Assembly: GCF_964204645.1 (NCBI RefSeq)
Contig: NC_134034.1
Coordinates: 5,120,914-5,184,913, forward strand
Source: Tubulanus polymorphus
Lineage: Eukaryota > Animalia > Nemertea
Direction of reading: 5' to 3'
Length of the DNA stretch: 64,000 nucleotides
Part shown: piece by piece, positions 13,201 to 25,200 of the stretch
Layout of the letters: each line of letters starts with the position of its first letter
Position numbering within the stretch: the first letter of the stretch is position 1
Position numbers and translations under genes: made by a program
The notes under the pieces: generated by a model
The model's input: the letters and a program-made list of their open reading frames with translations, nothing else
Told to the model about the DNA's origin: nothing
The model's database searches: none

Positions 13201-16200
13201 AATTTTTGGAACTAAAATTTGTATTTCCGAGTAGTACTTACCCTTTCCTATGGTTTTTGCCAATATTTTCTAAATTTGGATTTATCGCCAATGGTTTTTC
13301 TATACGACCCGGCCCTGCGGTATTGCATTTAGCCACCGGCGAAATCCGCCATCTTTTTTCGTCATAGCAGACCAAAAAAAAAAACAGCTATGCGGGGCAG
13401 GTGGGCGGGATTCCCACCATAGGAAAGGGTAAGTACTACTCGGAAATACAAATTTTAGTTCCAAAAATTGTAATATTTCCATCGAGTACTGTACCCTTTC
13501 CTATGGTTTTTGCTAGACTAGCCTAGCACAAGGATGGTGGGAAAGGTAGATAGAAAAACCACCGCTCAAACGCAAGGTAAGAGGGAAAAAGAGAGCACTT
13601 ACCCAAGCACGGAATGGAGCACTGTAGCACAGGGAAGACCGGTTGGCCACAGTGAGTCCGTCCAGCTCAGGAGCCCCCCCAGAATTTTGCGAAATTAATA
13701 CTTGCAGATATGAGCCCAAACTATGTACAAGGATACACCCCCTGTGATCCTGATAATGCTACATAAATATTCTACACTAAAGGGTCCGATCGGAAAGAAC
13801 GGACACCTTGAGCCATGACAACAGGACCAAGTGAAGCTAATGAGCCTAACTGGCCTGAAACATCCCGTAAATAAAATGACGTGAATGTCGACGGTGAATT
13901 CCAAAAGGCGGCCCGACAGACTTCCTCCAACGGAGCACCCGAAAAGGCTGCGCAGGAAGTAGCCATAGACCTCACTTGATGAGAAACGACTCCCTCCGAG
14001 GAAAGATTCTCCTTCAATAAAATGTCCTTGATCATTGAAGAGACCCATCGGGCTACTGTGTCCCGCGAAATATCACCCTTTAGGTGATCCAGCAGCGGAA
14101 TAAATAACCGCTCCCGTGAACCCCTCCGTGAAGCAGAGCGATCTAAATAGAAACACAACGCCCGCACAGGACATAAAGTCCTGTCCGGGATGCCCGGTTC
14201 CACTCGATGTTTTAGGGCTTCAATTCGCCATTGACGCCCAACCGAGCCTGGTCGTTGGTTCTTTGCCAAAAATTCCAAAGCAGGCCGCAGCGAAACAAAT
14301 TCATTCGCTGGCCCAAAGACAATGTGACCTTGTCGGACTGAAAGCGCATGAATCTCAGAGCGACGGGCCGAGCAAGCCAAGAACAGCAAAAATACAGTCT
14401 TTTTTGACAAATTTGCAAAAGACGCTGCCGAAAGAGGTTCAAATGGAGCCTCCATTAACTTCTTCAAAATTACAGACAGATCCCATGGTGGAACTGTCCT
14501 TGTTACCCGAGGCCGGGAAATAGAAAACCCAGCAACCAGCTGGGAGATCCCCTGCTACATTTGGCCATCCAGAAGCACGCAATGTATGAGAAATCGCGGA
14601 GCGGTAACCTTTAATAGTTATGACCTGTAAACCTTTTGCTACAAATAGGTGCAGTAAAAAATCTGCCAATTGAGCTACAGAGGGTGAGCATGGATCAATT
14701 TCCCCTGCAGCACACCAATCCGCAAAATGACTCCATTTGGCATCGTAAATGGTACTTGTTGATGGCCGCTTAGATCCTGCGATAAAGGAGGCAGCCTGTT
14801 CTGAAAAGCCTGAAGCTGACAAGGATCGCTGGACAATGGCCAGGCGAGCAGATTTAACCACTGGCTGTTTGGATGATGCCGAAAGATCCCCTGAGACAGA
14901 AGCGATGGGAAATTCGGAAGAATCCTGGGGTTGTCGCACAGTAGGTTGAGAAGTGGTAGGAACCATTTCTGAGCCGGCCAACATGGTGCTACCAGAACTA
15001 TGTTGCAATTGACTGATCTCTCTATTTGATCCAGTAGGCGCGGCAGGACTGGTGTGGGCGGGAACGCATACGCATGCATCCCCGACCAGTCCAGAGAGAA
15101 GGCATCGACCCCCCACGCTTCCGCGTCTGGAAACGGGGACACAAACAGAGGACACCTCCGATTGAACCGGGTGGCAAACAGATCCAGCAGCGGATTGCCA
15201 AAAATGCCCCGAACCCGATCGGCTACTTCTTGGTGGAGAACCCATTCTGTCGCAATAGCCTGACCTCGACGAGACAGAGCATCGGCCATCACGTTCCTTT
15301 TCCCTGCTAAATGTGCCACAGTCAGGGACACGCCCTTTGTCTGGCACCAAAGAAGAATTTTGGCCGACAGACCTGTGAGGGTTTCTGAGTGAGTGCCCCC
15401 TTGGTTCTGAAGGTAAGCCCTCACTGTTGAATTGTCTGTGGCTAACCAAACGTGGTGGCCCTCCACTCTCCTGTGAAAGAACTTCAGGGCCTTCCACACG
15501 GCCAGCATTTCTAGGAAATTTATGTGGTTGGTGGCCTCGTAGCGAGACCATTTCCCGGCTTTGACTCGGTTCTCCAGATGTGCCCCCCAACCTTGGTGAC
15601 TGGCATCCGTGAATACACGAACTGGAGCCTCTAACGGGGCTAGTGACACCCCGAGCCGAAGATTCGTAGTGGCCGCCCACCACTGAAGATCCGAACTTAG
15701 ATCGGTTGGAGGTACGGGAATCAAGGCCTCCCAGTTGCCCTTCGACTGAGACCAGAAGACCTTCCAATATTGTTGCAAGCGCCTGCTTCTGAGGCGGCCT
15801 AAGGGCACCACCAGACCCATGGAGCTGATGGAGCCTAGAAGCCGTGACCAGTAACGAGCTGTTCTCGGGGTTGTGGACACTCCCGCTACAGCTTCTTGAA
15901 GTTTGGCCACTCGAACCATAGACGGAAAGACTTTGCCGATTCGGAGATCGAAGTCCATGCCGAGATAAGTGAACTGTTGGGCCGGCGTCAACTGAGATTT
16001 TTCCCTGTTTACGCGGAACCCTAGCTGATGGACTAAGTCCAAGACTGAGGTCATTGCCTCCCGACATTCCTGAGCCGAATTCGCGACTATTAACCAGTCG
16101 TCGAGGTAAACGAACAGTCGAACACCCCTTGACTGAAGTACCTTCTGAACTGACTTGACCAACTTGGTGAAAACCCACGGGGCCGTACTGAGGCCAAATG

Positions 16201-19200
16201 GAAGAGACCTGAATTGGAACTGGCGGCCTTTCCACTTTATCCTGAGAAATCGCCGAGATTTTGGGTGAATTGGAACCTGAAAGTAAGCATCCTTCAGGTC
16301 CAATGAAGCCGCCCATTGACCCGGACGGAGCCCTTGAATCACGTCCTTGGGCTTGGTCATCCGGAACCTTGGAATGTCTAGGTGCCGATTGAGGGATGAC
16401 AGATCTATCACTGTCCGTTGACCCCCTGTGGCCTTTGGTACCATGAATATTCGAGAAAACCAGCCGGGAGAAGTTTCGTTGCAAACTGGTTCTATCGCTC
16501 CCTTCTCTGCCAGTTCCTTGAGAGCCGGAGAGATTAAGGCCTCCTGACCTGGTTTTGGCCGCATGTCGGGAGGTGACCTCATCAGGCGCGGTCGCCTTAG
16601 GAAACGGAGACGGTAGCCCCGAGAGACGACCCGGGAGGGCCAACCGTCTCCAAAGAGGTCGGACCAGTGGGTTGCTGCCTGCTGCAGACAACCTCCCACT
16701 GGTCCCAAGAATTCATTTCGAGTTTTTCCGAAAGGAAGAGCCCCTTTTTGGAGCCTTCCCCTTGCCTCGATACGAACCGGAACTGTTACGACCGGACGAG
16801 GCTTGACACGATTGTTGAAGTTGCGCGCTAGTTCTCCAACCGGCATCCGAAGCCGCCTGAGAAAGCGCTGAAGTTTGAGATGGTCCTGTTTGCATCCGTG
16901 CCGAACCTTGCGCCGCCGGCGTCGGACCAGAACGCTTTTTCCACGGAGTTCGGGGGTTGGACTTGGCCTGAACCTCCCGAATCTTCCTCAGCTCTGCGGA
17001 AACCGGAGCGCACCAACCGGAGAAGAGACGTGAAGACATCCCCAATGGGGCTCTCAGCAAAGCATTGGACACCATATCCGGTAGACGAGTTTTGGCACTG
17101 GAGTCCATCACTGACTGACGGGAGGCTAACACCAGATTAGCCTGACCCCGAACCGACAACGGAATTACATGCGAAACAGACCGAGCCAAAGATTGGATAA
17201 TCCGGTCCATTCCCTCCAGTTTTAGGGCAACTGACTCTGGGTCGGAGCCCGCATGAACGGCGGCGTGAGTCTCGCGAAGCTCACCCGTCAACACCTTAAG
17301 TGCCATATCTTGAAACGAACCAACCCTGGAAAGATTGTCCAGGATTGACGTCATGGCCACCAAACCGGACTTAGGCAAACGAATACCCGACTGTGCTGTA
17401 ACAGTATCCGAGCTGATCAAAGTATAATCAGCATCCAGGCAGTTATGACTGTGATCCACAGCACCTGGAGTTGCGTAATACGCCGAGCGAAATGCGCCTA
17501 AAGGTGGATCGGTTGAACTAAAATATTTCCCAGATTTCATACCCCGTTCTGGAGGGGGTAATGAAAAAGTTCCAGGCCGACATTCACCCCATAATTGCGT
17601 ATCCAATCGAGCCCATTCTCTTGAAACCGCTGACGATTCCCGTAAAACGTTAAGATCGGAGTCCGGAGGGCGATAAGCTTCCATCGACCAGAGGAGCTGC
17701 TGTGGGCTTAGCGCGAGTTGCCCCGTGCTTGACAAAGAACTCACTTATCATCGCTCTAAATGGCATGTCCCCCGCTGGTTCGGATAAAACTGAACGGGAC
17801 GGAGATACATTGCGAGCCAGGGAAGCCCCCATCGTCTGGGGCAACCCACAATTGCTTGCGACAGGAACGACCCCAGAAGGAATTGCCGCCTCTGGGACCG
17901 GATCCTCATTGAAATCAGTCAGAATTCCGAAAAACTGAGTGGGCTGGTGAACTTCTAACCGGACAATCAGGAATAGGCTTACCTGTTGTAGAAGTTGCAG
18001 CGACTTGTTGCGACGAAGATAACAAGTTTAAAATTTTCTCCTCAAATACATGGAAATCCTTCTGAGTCAGGTATTTTCCAGTATCCCGACGATCATGCCG
18101 ACTTCGGTGACGGTCCCTCGAACGGGATCGCGACCTACTAGAAGAATCGCTTTCATCGCTAACCGACGTCGACCAACGATGAGAAGACCGACGGCGAAAC
18201 TTCCGACAATAACGATCGTAGTCCCTCTCGCGATCAAACCTTGATCTGCGAGAAGGAGATCTTGCTCGTTTATTACGCTCACGGCGTCTAAATCTAGTGG
18301 GAGAGCGAGCTCTATCCCCGGAGCGACGATCAGAATCAGACGATGAACGTACCGGATGTTTTGAACCGGACGTCTGGACCGGACCGGTGGCCGAACCGGA
18401 CCCATGCCCGACCCGGACCGGACCGGTACCGACCGAACCGGTGCGGGCCGTTTGCGACTACCGCGGCGCGCGCTCGGTTCCGAACATGTAGTCTGAACCG
18501 GCCGAACCGGTGAACGACCAGAGACCGGTGAATGACCGGAGACCGGTGCCGGTGAACGACCAGAGACCGGTGAATGACCGGAGACCGGTGCCGGTGAACC
18601 AGCGTTCCTCCCCGGTGAACGGAGTTGGGAAGCCGATCGTACCTGAACGACCGGCGACCGCTCCGCTTTACGATAAGAAACAGGATTAGAAACGTCGGTT
18701 GGCACATCGGCCGAAACCGACGAATCCCTGCTAACTCGACGACGATCTCTTAGTTTAAGAGCCTTATCGGCCCGAAACCAAAGGTCCTCGGACCACACGA
18801 CGCAAATATTGCAAGGATTGCTCCTTGCACATATTTGACCGGATTTGCGCCTGCACGACGCACATGAATCGTGGTTGTCCCAGGCGCCAAACAAATGCCC
18901 GCATCCCTCCCCGCCACGATGCTGACCCTTAGGAGGGGGTGGCATAATTATCCTGTTACAAATCAAAACAATTCAATTCAATTCAATCAAATTATATTTG
19001 TAAATAAAATTCTTACGGAAAAAAAGAAATCAGGGATAACCCCCAAACCGAACGGACTCACCGTTACGAGAGTGAAAACTCCCTAATATCCTAATTCCCA
19101 GATTTTTACGGCGAAAAAATCCAACGCGTTCTACTGCGAGAACGCCAAGAAAAAAGATGTCGGATTTCGCCGGTGGCTAAATGCAATACCGCAGGGCCGG

Positions 19201-22200
19201 GTCGTATAGAAAAACCATTGGCGATAAATCCAAATTTAGAAAATATTGGCATAAACCATAGGAAAGGGTACAGTACTCGATGGAAATACATCAGAGGCAA
19301 AAGGGATCCGTACAAAGGTGCGTTAATCGAAGAATGCTGGATTTACGGAAACTAATGACTGGAGAACGTGTTTATTTCGAACATTACGAGAAACGACCGT
19401 GGATAAAAGGCGATGTTGTCGATATCCTGGGAATTCATGGGGATAAGGCCTTTTTTTTAAAATTAGTTGGAGTACGGATTTTTTTGGGGGAAAGTGGAAG
19501 GGCAAAGGGAAAAAAAAATTTTTTTTTTAAACCAGTGCCAGGATCTTCGAAGGGCAAAGGACAAAATATAAAAAATAAATTTTCTTTTTGTTTGTTTCGA
19601 TTTTGTACTTATTTTAGGAAAGGCAAAAAATGTTTTTGCATAAATTTTCTAAAGGATTAGAAATAAAAAAATAATTTTCTTACATTTCAAGCGCCTTTCA
19701 CATTGATTTTCCTATTTAAATGACTGTTCGAAAGAAATTAAGTTATAGGGATGCAATTTGTAAGGTACAAGTAGATTCGGTTCCGATTAGAGAAATGAGC
19801 CGAATCGTGGACCCAAGACAGAGCCTCGATACCACGCCAGCCACTTTACCGACGATTCCATCGCGCATACCAAGCTTGGTCAATATCAGATAATAATACC
19901 AAATTTCGTCAAGATTGGATAATAATTGTAGGACAAGTTGGGATTTGAAGATTATACAAGCGCCACCCGTACAGCGCCCCCTAGAGATTAAATTTGGAAA
20001 ACCGCTCTATTAGTTTTTAGTCCTTGGCCCATAGTATCTACATAGTATCTACATAAGTTTTGTCAACATCCGACTAGAATTGTAGGACGAATAGCGATTC
20101 AAAGATTTTACAAGTGTGGCCTGCACAGCGCCTCCTAAAGGTCAAATTGGGAAAACGGCTCTATTTCATTTTGTCTTTTGGCCTGTAGTATTTATATACC
20201 AAGTTTTGTCAAGATTGGTTATAATTTTAGGGCAAGTTGCGATTTAAAGATTTTACAAGCACCACCCGTACAGCGCCCCCCAGAGATCAAATTGGAAAAC
20301 GTCTCTATAACTTTTTAGCCCTTGGCCCATAGTATCTACATGCCAAGTTTCGTCAACATCTGACAATAATTGTAGGACAAGTAGCGATTTAAAGATGTTA
20401 CAAGCGCCACCCGTACAGTGCCCCCTAGAGATCAAATTGGGAAAAACGGCTCTATAACTTTTTAGCCCTTGGCTTGTAGTATCTACATACTAAGTTTCGT
20501 CAACATCGGATAATAATTGTAGGACAAGTAGCGATTTAAAGATTTTGCAAGCGCCACCCGTACAGCGCCCCTAGCAATCAAATTGGGAAAACGGCTCTAT
20601 ATCTTTTTAGCCCTTGGCCCATATTGGCTTCACACCAAGTCTGGTCAAGATTAGAAAAGAACTGTAGCACTAGTAGCAAATTGAAGCAAAAGTTGGCGGA
20701 CGGACGGACACTATGACAGACGACGACGGATAATCACTCTCACCCATCAGCTCCGCTGACCTCCAGTCACAGCGGAGCTAAAAATGTCACGAGCTACAAG
20801 ACATGAATGCAATAGCTTGCTGGGACTTGAGTCCCAAGTGGGCTAAAAACTTGGTCACTGATAAATATACTTACAAATATACTTTTATGCATTTGCAGTA
20901 AAAGCGATTGTGAAGTTTGATCTCCACTGAATCCATTTTGAGCAGGCGGACTAACCAGAATAAATGGACCGTCTGTCTGTAGTTTAAATGAGATCGCTGT
21001 CTCATTGAAATTGCTGAGCTTTACTCTACGAATCTGAACTGATTCAGCTAATACCTGCCAATTGATAAACAAATCAAATAAATTGATAATCAAATCAAAA
21101 ACAATTCGATGAATGATTGATGAATTATATCAATTGGTAAGTGAATCAAAATAATCCAATGACTTTGTACTTTGTGTAGTAGCTATGGCACATACATTTT
21201 TAACCCATTAGCACTCAGGAGTTTCACTATGCAGTGTCAATTACTCCTCAGAAAAATTAAGGGAAAATCCAAGTTCATCGCGATACTGAATAGCTCATTT
21301 GCTGTTTATTTTCATGCATTACAAGTTTGCGTTATTTTGGAGTAAATAGTCAAGGCTTTCATATGATGTAAGATTTGATGAGGTGGGCCACCAAAATCGT
21401 GTCCTTTTTGCCCCCTGAAATTCACCCAAACTTAGTTGGATTTTAAGTGAGCGCTCAGATCTGTCAAGTTCTTACTCCTACTACTGGAGAATTTCAAGTA
21501 GGAAGATATTGATTCCTGTATGGTATTTTGAGGACATGGGTGTCTAGTTTATCATAAGATATCGGGTTCGAATCCCGCTATAGGGCCTAACCATTTATGT
21601 GCAGCATACGAAAAAAGTGTCAGGGCAGATTCCGGCGGCTTGAGGAGTAATAGGCAGTGCGGATACGGGCGGCATGAGTGCTAAATGGGGTAATATCAAA
21701 TCTACACTATAATACCCATAGAATAAAAATTAGTCCCATGGATAAATCCCAATAGTGGTCTAGTCCCAATGGATCAATACAACTTTCTAGAAACGATGCA
21801 GAAAGAGCTTCAGTCTCCATAAATCTCGATATGACATCATCAAATCATTCAATCTAAAGCCAGGTGGACACTAGGCAATTTTTAGTTGCCAATAGAAAGA
21901 TTTTATATCGACGGCAATTTTTACAAAATCGGAGTCCGTCATCAGCGACCACACATTAGACAGTTTCTATCACCGAATCGCTGACATCCTTGCTTGCCAG
22001 GGCTTGATTCCCGTCCACTGAACCTCACGCTAACACAAACCCTGGCCGCAAACCCTTCATATGGTCTATTACATTGCCCATTTCTTGGCCAGATAGCATC
22101 CACCAGTCTGTATTTCAGTCCACCAATCAGATGCGTGGTAATTATGTAGTTAACAAACCTGCCGGCAAAAATCAATGCATCTGTTTGGCTAGATATATAG

Positions 22201-25200
22201 ACTGGTGGGCATTGAGTGTTAACCTGTCCACCCAAGAAATCTTGGCCTTTGTTACCATTATTATGAAGGGTGGCGGTCAGTGTTTGTGTTGACGTGAGCC
22301 CCGACAAGTGGCAATCTAACCTTGGCAATCGAGGATGAATCGCAGGTCGCGAAGTGGTGCCACATGATTACGAAATGGCCGCATTTCATTTTCGGCTGTG
22401 GGGGTCGCCATTTTGTGAATGCACATGATTTCTACATTGGAGCTGATTGGCTGTTTTTGATTGGATTCAAAGCGATTCGTCGCTAGTAGCCGCACACTAG
22501 GCGATTTGCTGCCGATCCTCTGCCATCTTGTCGCCGAAAATCTAGCACGCCAGATACTGAGCGATCTTGTCGCCGGCAATGATTTGTCGGCCGACAATGG
22601 TCACCAGTGACCGCACAATACGTGATATCCCAGCCATTTTGTCGCTTGCAATGAAAATCGCCAAGAAATTGCCCAGTGTGCGCCCGGCTTTAGTCATGGC
22701 CTCCACTGAAGGTAGTGATATGTGAGCTAACCACTATGGCTAATTTAGGCACATGAATACAATTCATAAGATTCATATATACCTATTCCGAAAGTGGATT
22801 AAATCATCCTTCCGAGATATGAACATATATCTAGGAAACCTATAACAAGGAAATAGATTGCCCATGTTATTGCTAGTCAAAGCAAAGACATGTCATTCGC
22901 TCAAGACTTCAAAATTAAAAACATGTCAAATTCCAATTTATTTGCGGTTGCTTTCTCTTTACCCACGAGCCAAAACTTTGACTATTGTAATTGAGAATAC
23001 AATGCAGTGATTTTACTAATGGGAGAAATTTTGGGATGGTTTGATGGGAAAAAAAGAATTTTGATACAACTAAGCTACATGTATCTTCAATCATTGTTCT
23101 CGCAGCTTCTTACAGTATTTGGAACCAAGCCTCTCAATTTGCATAATAAAGGGTCATGGTTTTGATGATTTTGTAGTGAGATCAATGATTATCTGATCTT
23201 ATTCATCAACTAAGCAAGTTACAAATAACAATGTTTTCATGCACATATTCGTTGCAAGAAAAACAGATTATGGGTAAAATTGGAGAATCAGTAGAAGCAA
23301 ATTTTAATCTTTACCTGAGGATCTCCAGATTTCGATATGTGAAGTAATTCGCTGAGAGCATTTTGAAACATCATGTTGTCATCATCCAGGCATTCAATAG
23401 TTAAACAAGCTGGTTTAACACGAGTTGTAAAATCTATCGATAATTGATCAACATCATATGTCTGTTTACGTCTTACATAACCAGGCAACAATGCATCCTA
23501 CAATATAAACAGTTCTTATACATCTTTTATGTTAGAATTTTGACGCCACCCTTTAAAGACAATCTAGAAGTGTCATCTTTTCATTTTCAGTCGTAGGGGC
23601 ACATATATATAGCTAACTAGAAACAAAAATGGTTCATGTTCCCCTGATACACATCCTATTGCGTACACATTTTCTTGCGCAAATTCAAAACTAAACTAAA
23701 CATACATGTATTAGATTTCAACACATTTTGATATATATAATGTGAAACCAAATGCACTTCCTGGCTGTGCCATACTGCCTCAAGACATTCACAATCTTTG
23801 AAAATGTTGGCATAATAGCTTATGGTTCATTTGTTAGTTCATTTATAATTGAAGTTCTTAACAAGCAGCCTGTCGGCTGATATAGCTCTGCTGTTTTATA
23901 AGATTTTACAAGGACCACATACACCTCGTACTCAAGTGTTCAAATCCATAAAACAGCTCAATAACTTTATAGCCCTCAGCCCAAAGTATCTACATACCAA
24001 GCTTTGTCAAGATCGGATAATGATTGTACCACTAGTAGCAATTGAAATATTTTACAAGTGTGAACTGTACAGCACCTCCTAGAGGTCAAATTGTGAAAAC
24101 GGCTCAATCACATGTTAGCCCTTGGCCCATAATATTGAAACAACAATTTTCTTCAAGATTGGACAATAGTTCTAGGAACGAGTAGCGATTTGAAGATTTT
24201 ACAAGCGCCATGCGTACAGCACCCCCTAACGGTCAAATTTTGAAAACGGCGTTATAACTTTTTTCCCTTGGCCCATGGTATCTACATACCAAGTTTCGTC
24301 AACGTCGGACTGTAATTGTAGGCCAGGTAGCAAGTTCAAGATTTTACAAGTGTGACCTGTACAGCGGTCGAATTAGGATAACGGCCCTATAACATTTTGT
24401 CCCTTGGCCTGTACTATCTATATAACAAGTTTTCGTCAAGATCGGATTATAATTGTAGGAAAAGTAGCTATTTAAAGAACTTACAAGCACCACTCGTACA
24501 ACGCCCCTAGAGATTAAATTTGGAAAGCCGTTCTATAACTTTTTAGCCCATAGTATCTACAAACCATATTTTGTCAACAGCAGACTATAATTGTAAGACT
24601 ATTGATGGCGTTCCATAGACTAGTAACGATTAAAAAATTCTACCAATGTGGCCTGTACAGCACCCCCTAAAGGTCAAATTGGGAAACGGCTCAATAAAAT
24701 TTCATCCCTTGGCCTGTAGAATCTAAAAACCATGTTGTCTCAAGATCAGATTATAATTAGGACAAGTAGCGATTTAAAGATTTTATAAGCGCCACCTGTA
24801 CAGCGCCCAGTGTATTCGGAAAACCGCTCTATAACCTTTTAGCCTTTGGCCCATAGTAACTAATTCCAAGTTTCGTCAACATTGGACTACAACCGTACGA
24901 CAAGTAGCCATTTAAACATTTTACAAGTGTGACCTGTACAGCGCCCCCTAATGGTCAAATAAGGAAGATGGCTCTATAACATTTCGTCCCTATATCTATA
25001 AACCAAGTTTTGTCAAGATCGGATTATAATTTTAGGAAAAGTAGCGATTTAAAGATTTTAAAAGCGCCACCCACACAGCGCCCCCTTGAGATCAAATTGG
25101 GAAAACGGCTCTATAAAATTTTAGCCCTTGGCCCATATTAGCTTCATACCAAGTTTGGTCAAGATTAGAATAGAACTGTAGCACTAGTAGCAAATTGAAC

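Larger units (their letters stand above)
13195..19287 (-). mobile_element. Near-full-length DIRS1-type tyrosine-recombinase retrotransposon (about 6.1 kb)
   Basis: Inverted terminal repeats (about 13220-13360 vs 19149-19287), a 3' extension (13195-13240), an internal complementary region (13417-13512), overlapping gag, RT-RH-MT and YR ORFs, and AAT at both junctions. Confidence 0.97.
11922..19435 (+). mobile_element. Internally deleted Ty3/Gypsy LTR retrotransposon (5' LTR, PBS, gag and integrase remnants), interrupted by the DIRS element
   Basis: LTR-like 11922-12098 ends in CA and is followed by the PBS. The gag start is 12176-12466 (PPQLNL.DGDVADNFRRWKRQME). Integrase core at 12730-13195 (VDYFS, FERYGIPKQIVTDPG.QFTS, ANGKAETAVK, SPAELMLG) resumes at 19288 (RQK...GERVY...WIKGDVV). 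No 3' LTR seen. Confidence 0.88.

Noticed and set aside
14900-15250. Bacterial or phage Dam methyltransferase and phage integrase suggesting HGT or a prophage
   Set aside because: Both domains are standard parts of DIRS1-type retrotransposons and lie between the ITRs.
17934-17982. Internal gag intron starting at GTAAGC
   Set aside because: The nearest good acceptor gives a 48-nt in-frame intron that does not remove the downstream stop. Decay or assembly indels explain the gag breaks equally well.
14116-18491. Numerous plus-strand ORFs inside the DIRS element
   Set aside because: Antisense shadows of GC-rich coding sequence with no recognisable motifs.
21558-21585. tRNA gene (GGTTCGAATCCC B-box)
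   Set aside because: No cloverleaf or matching acceptor stem; it lies inside a MITE.
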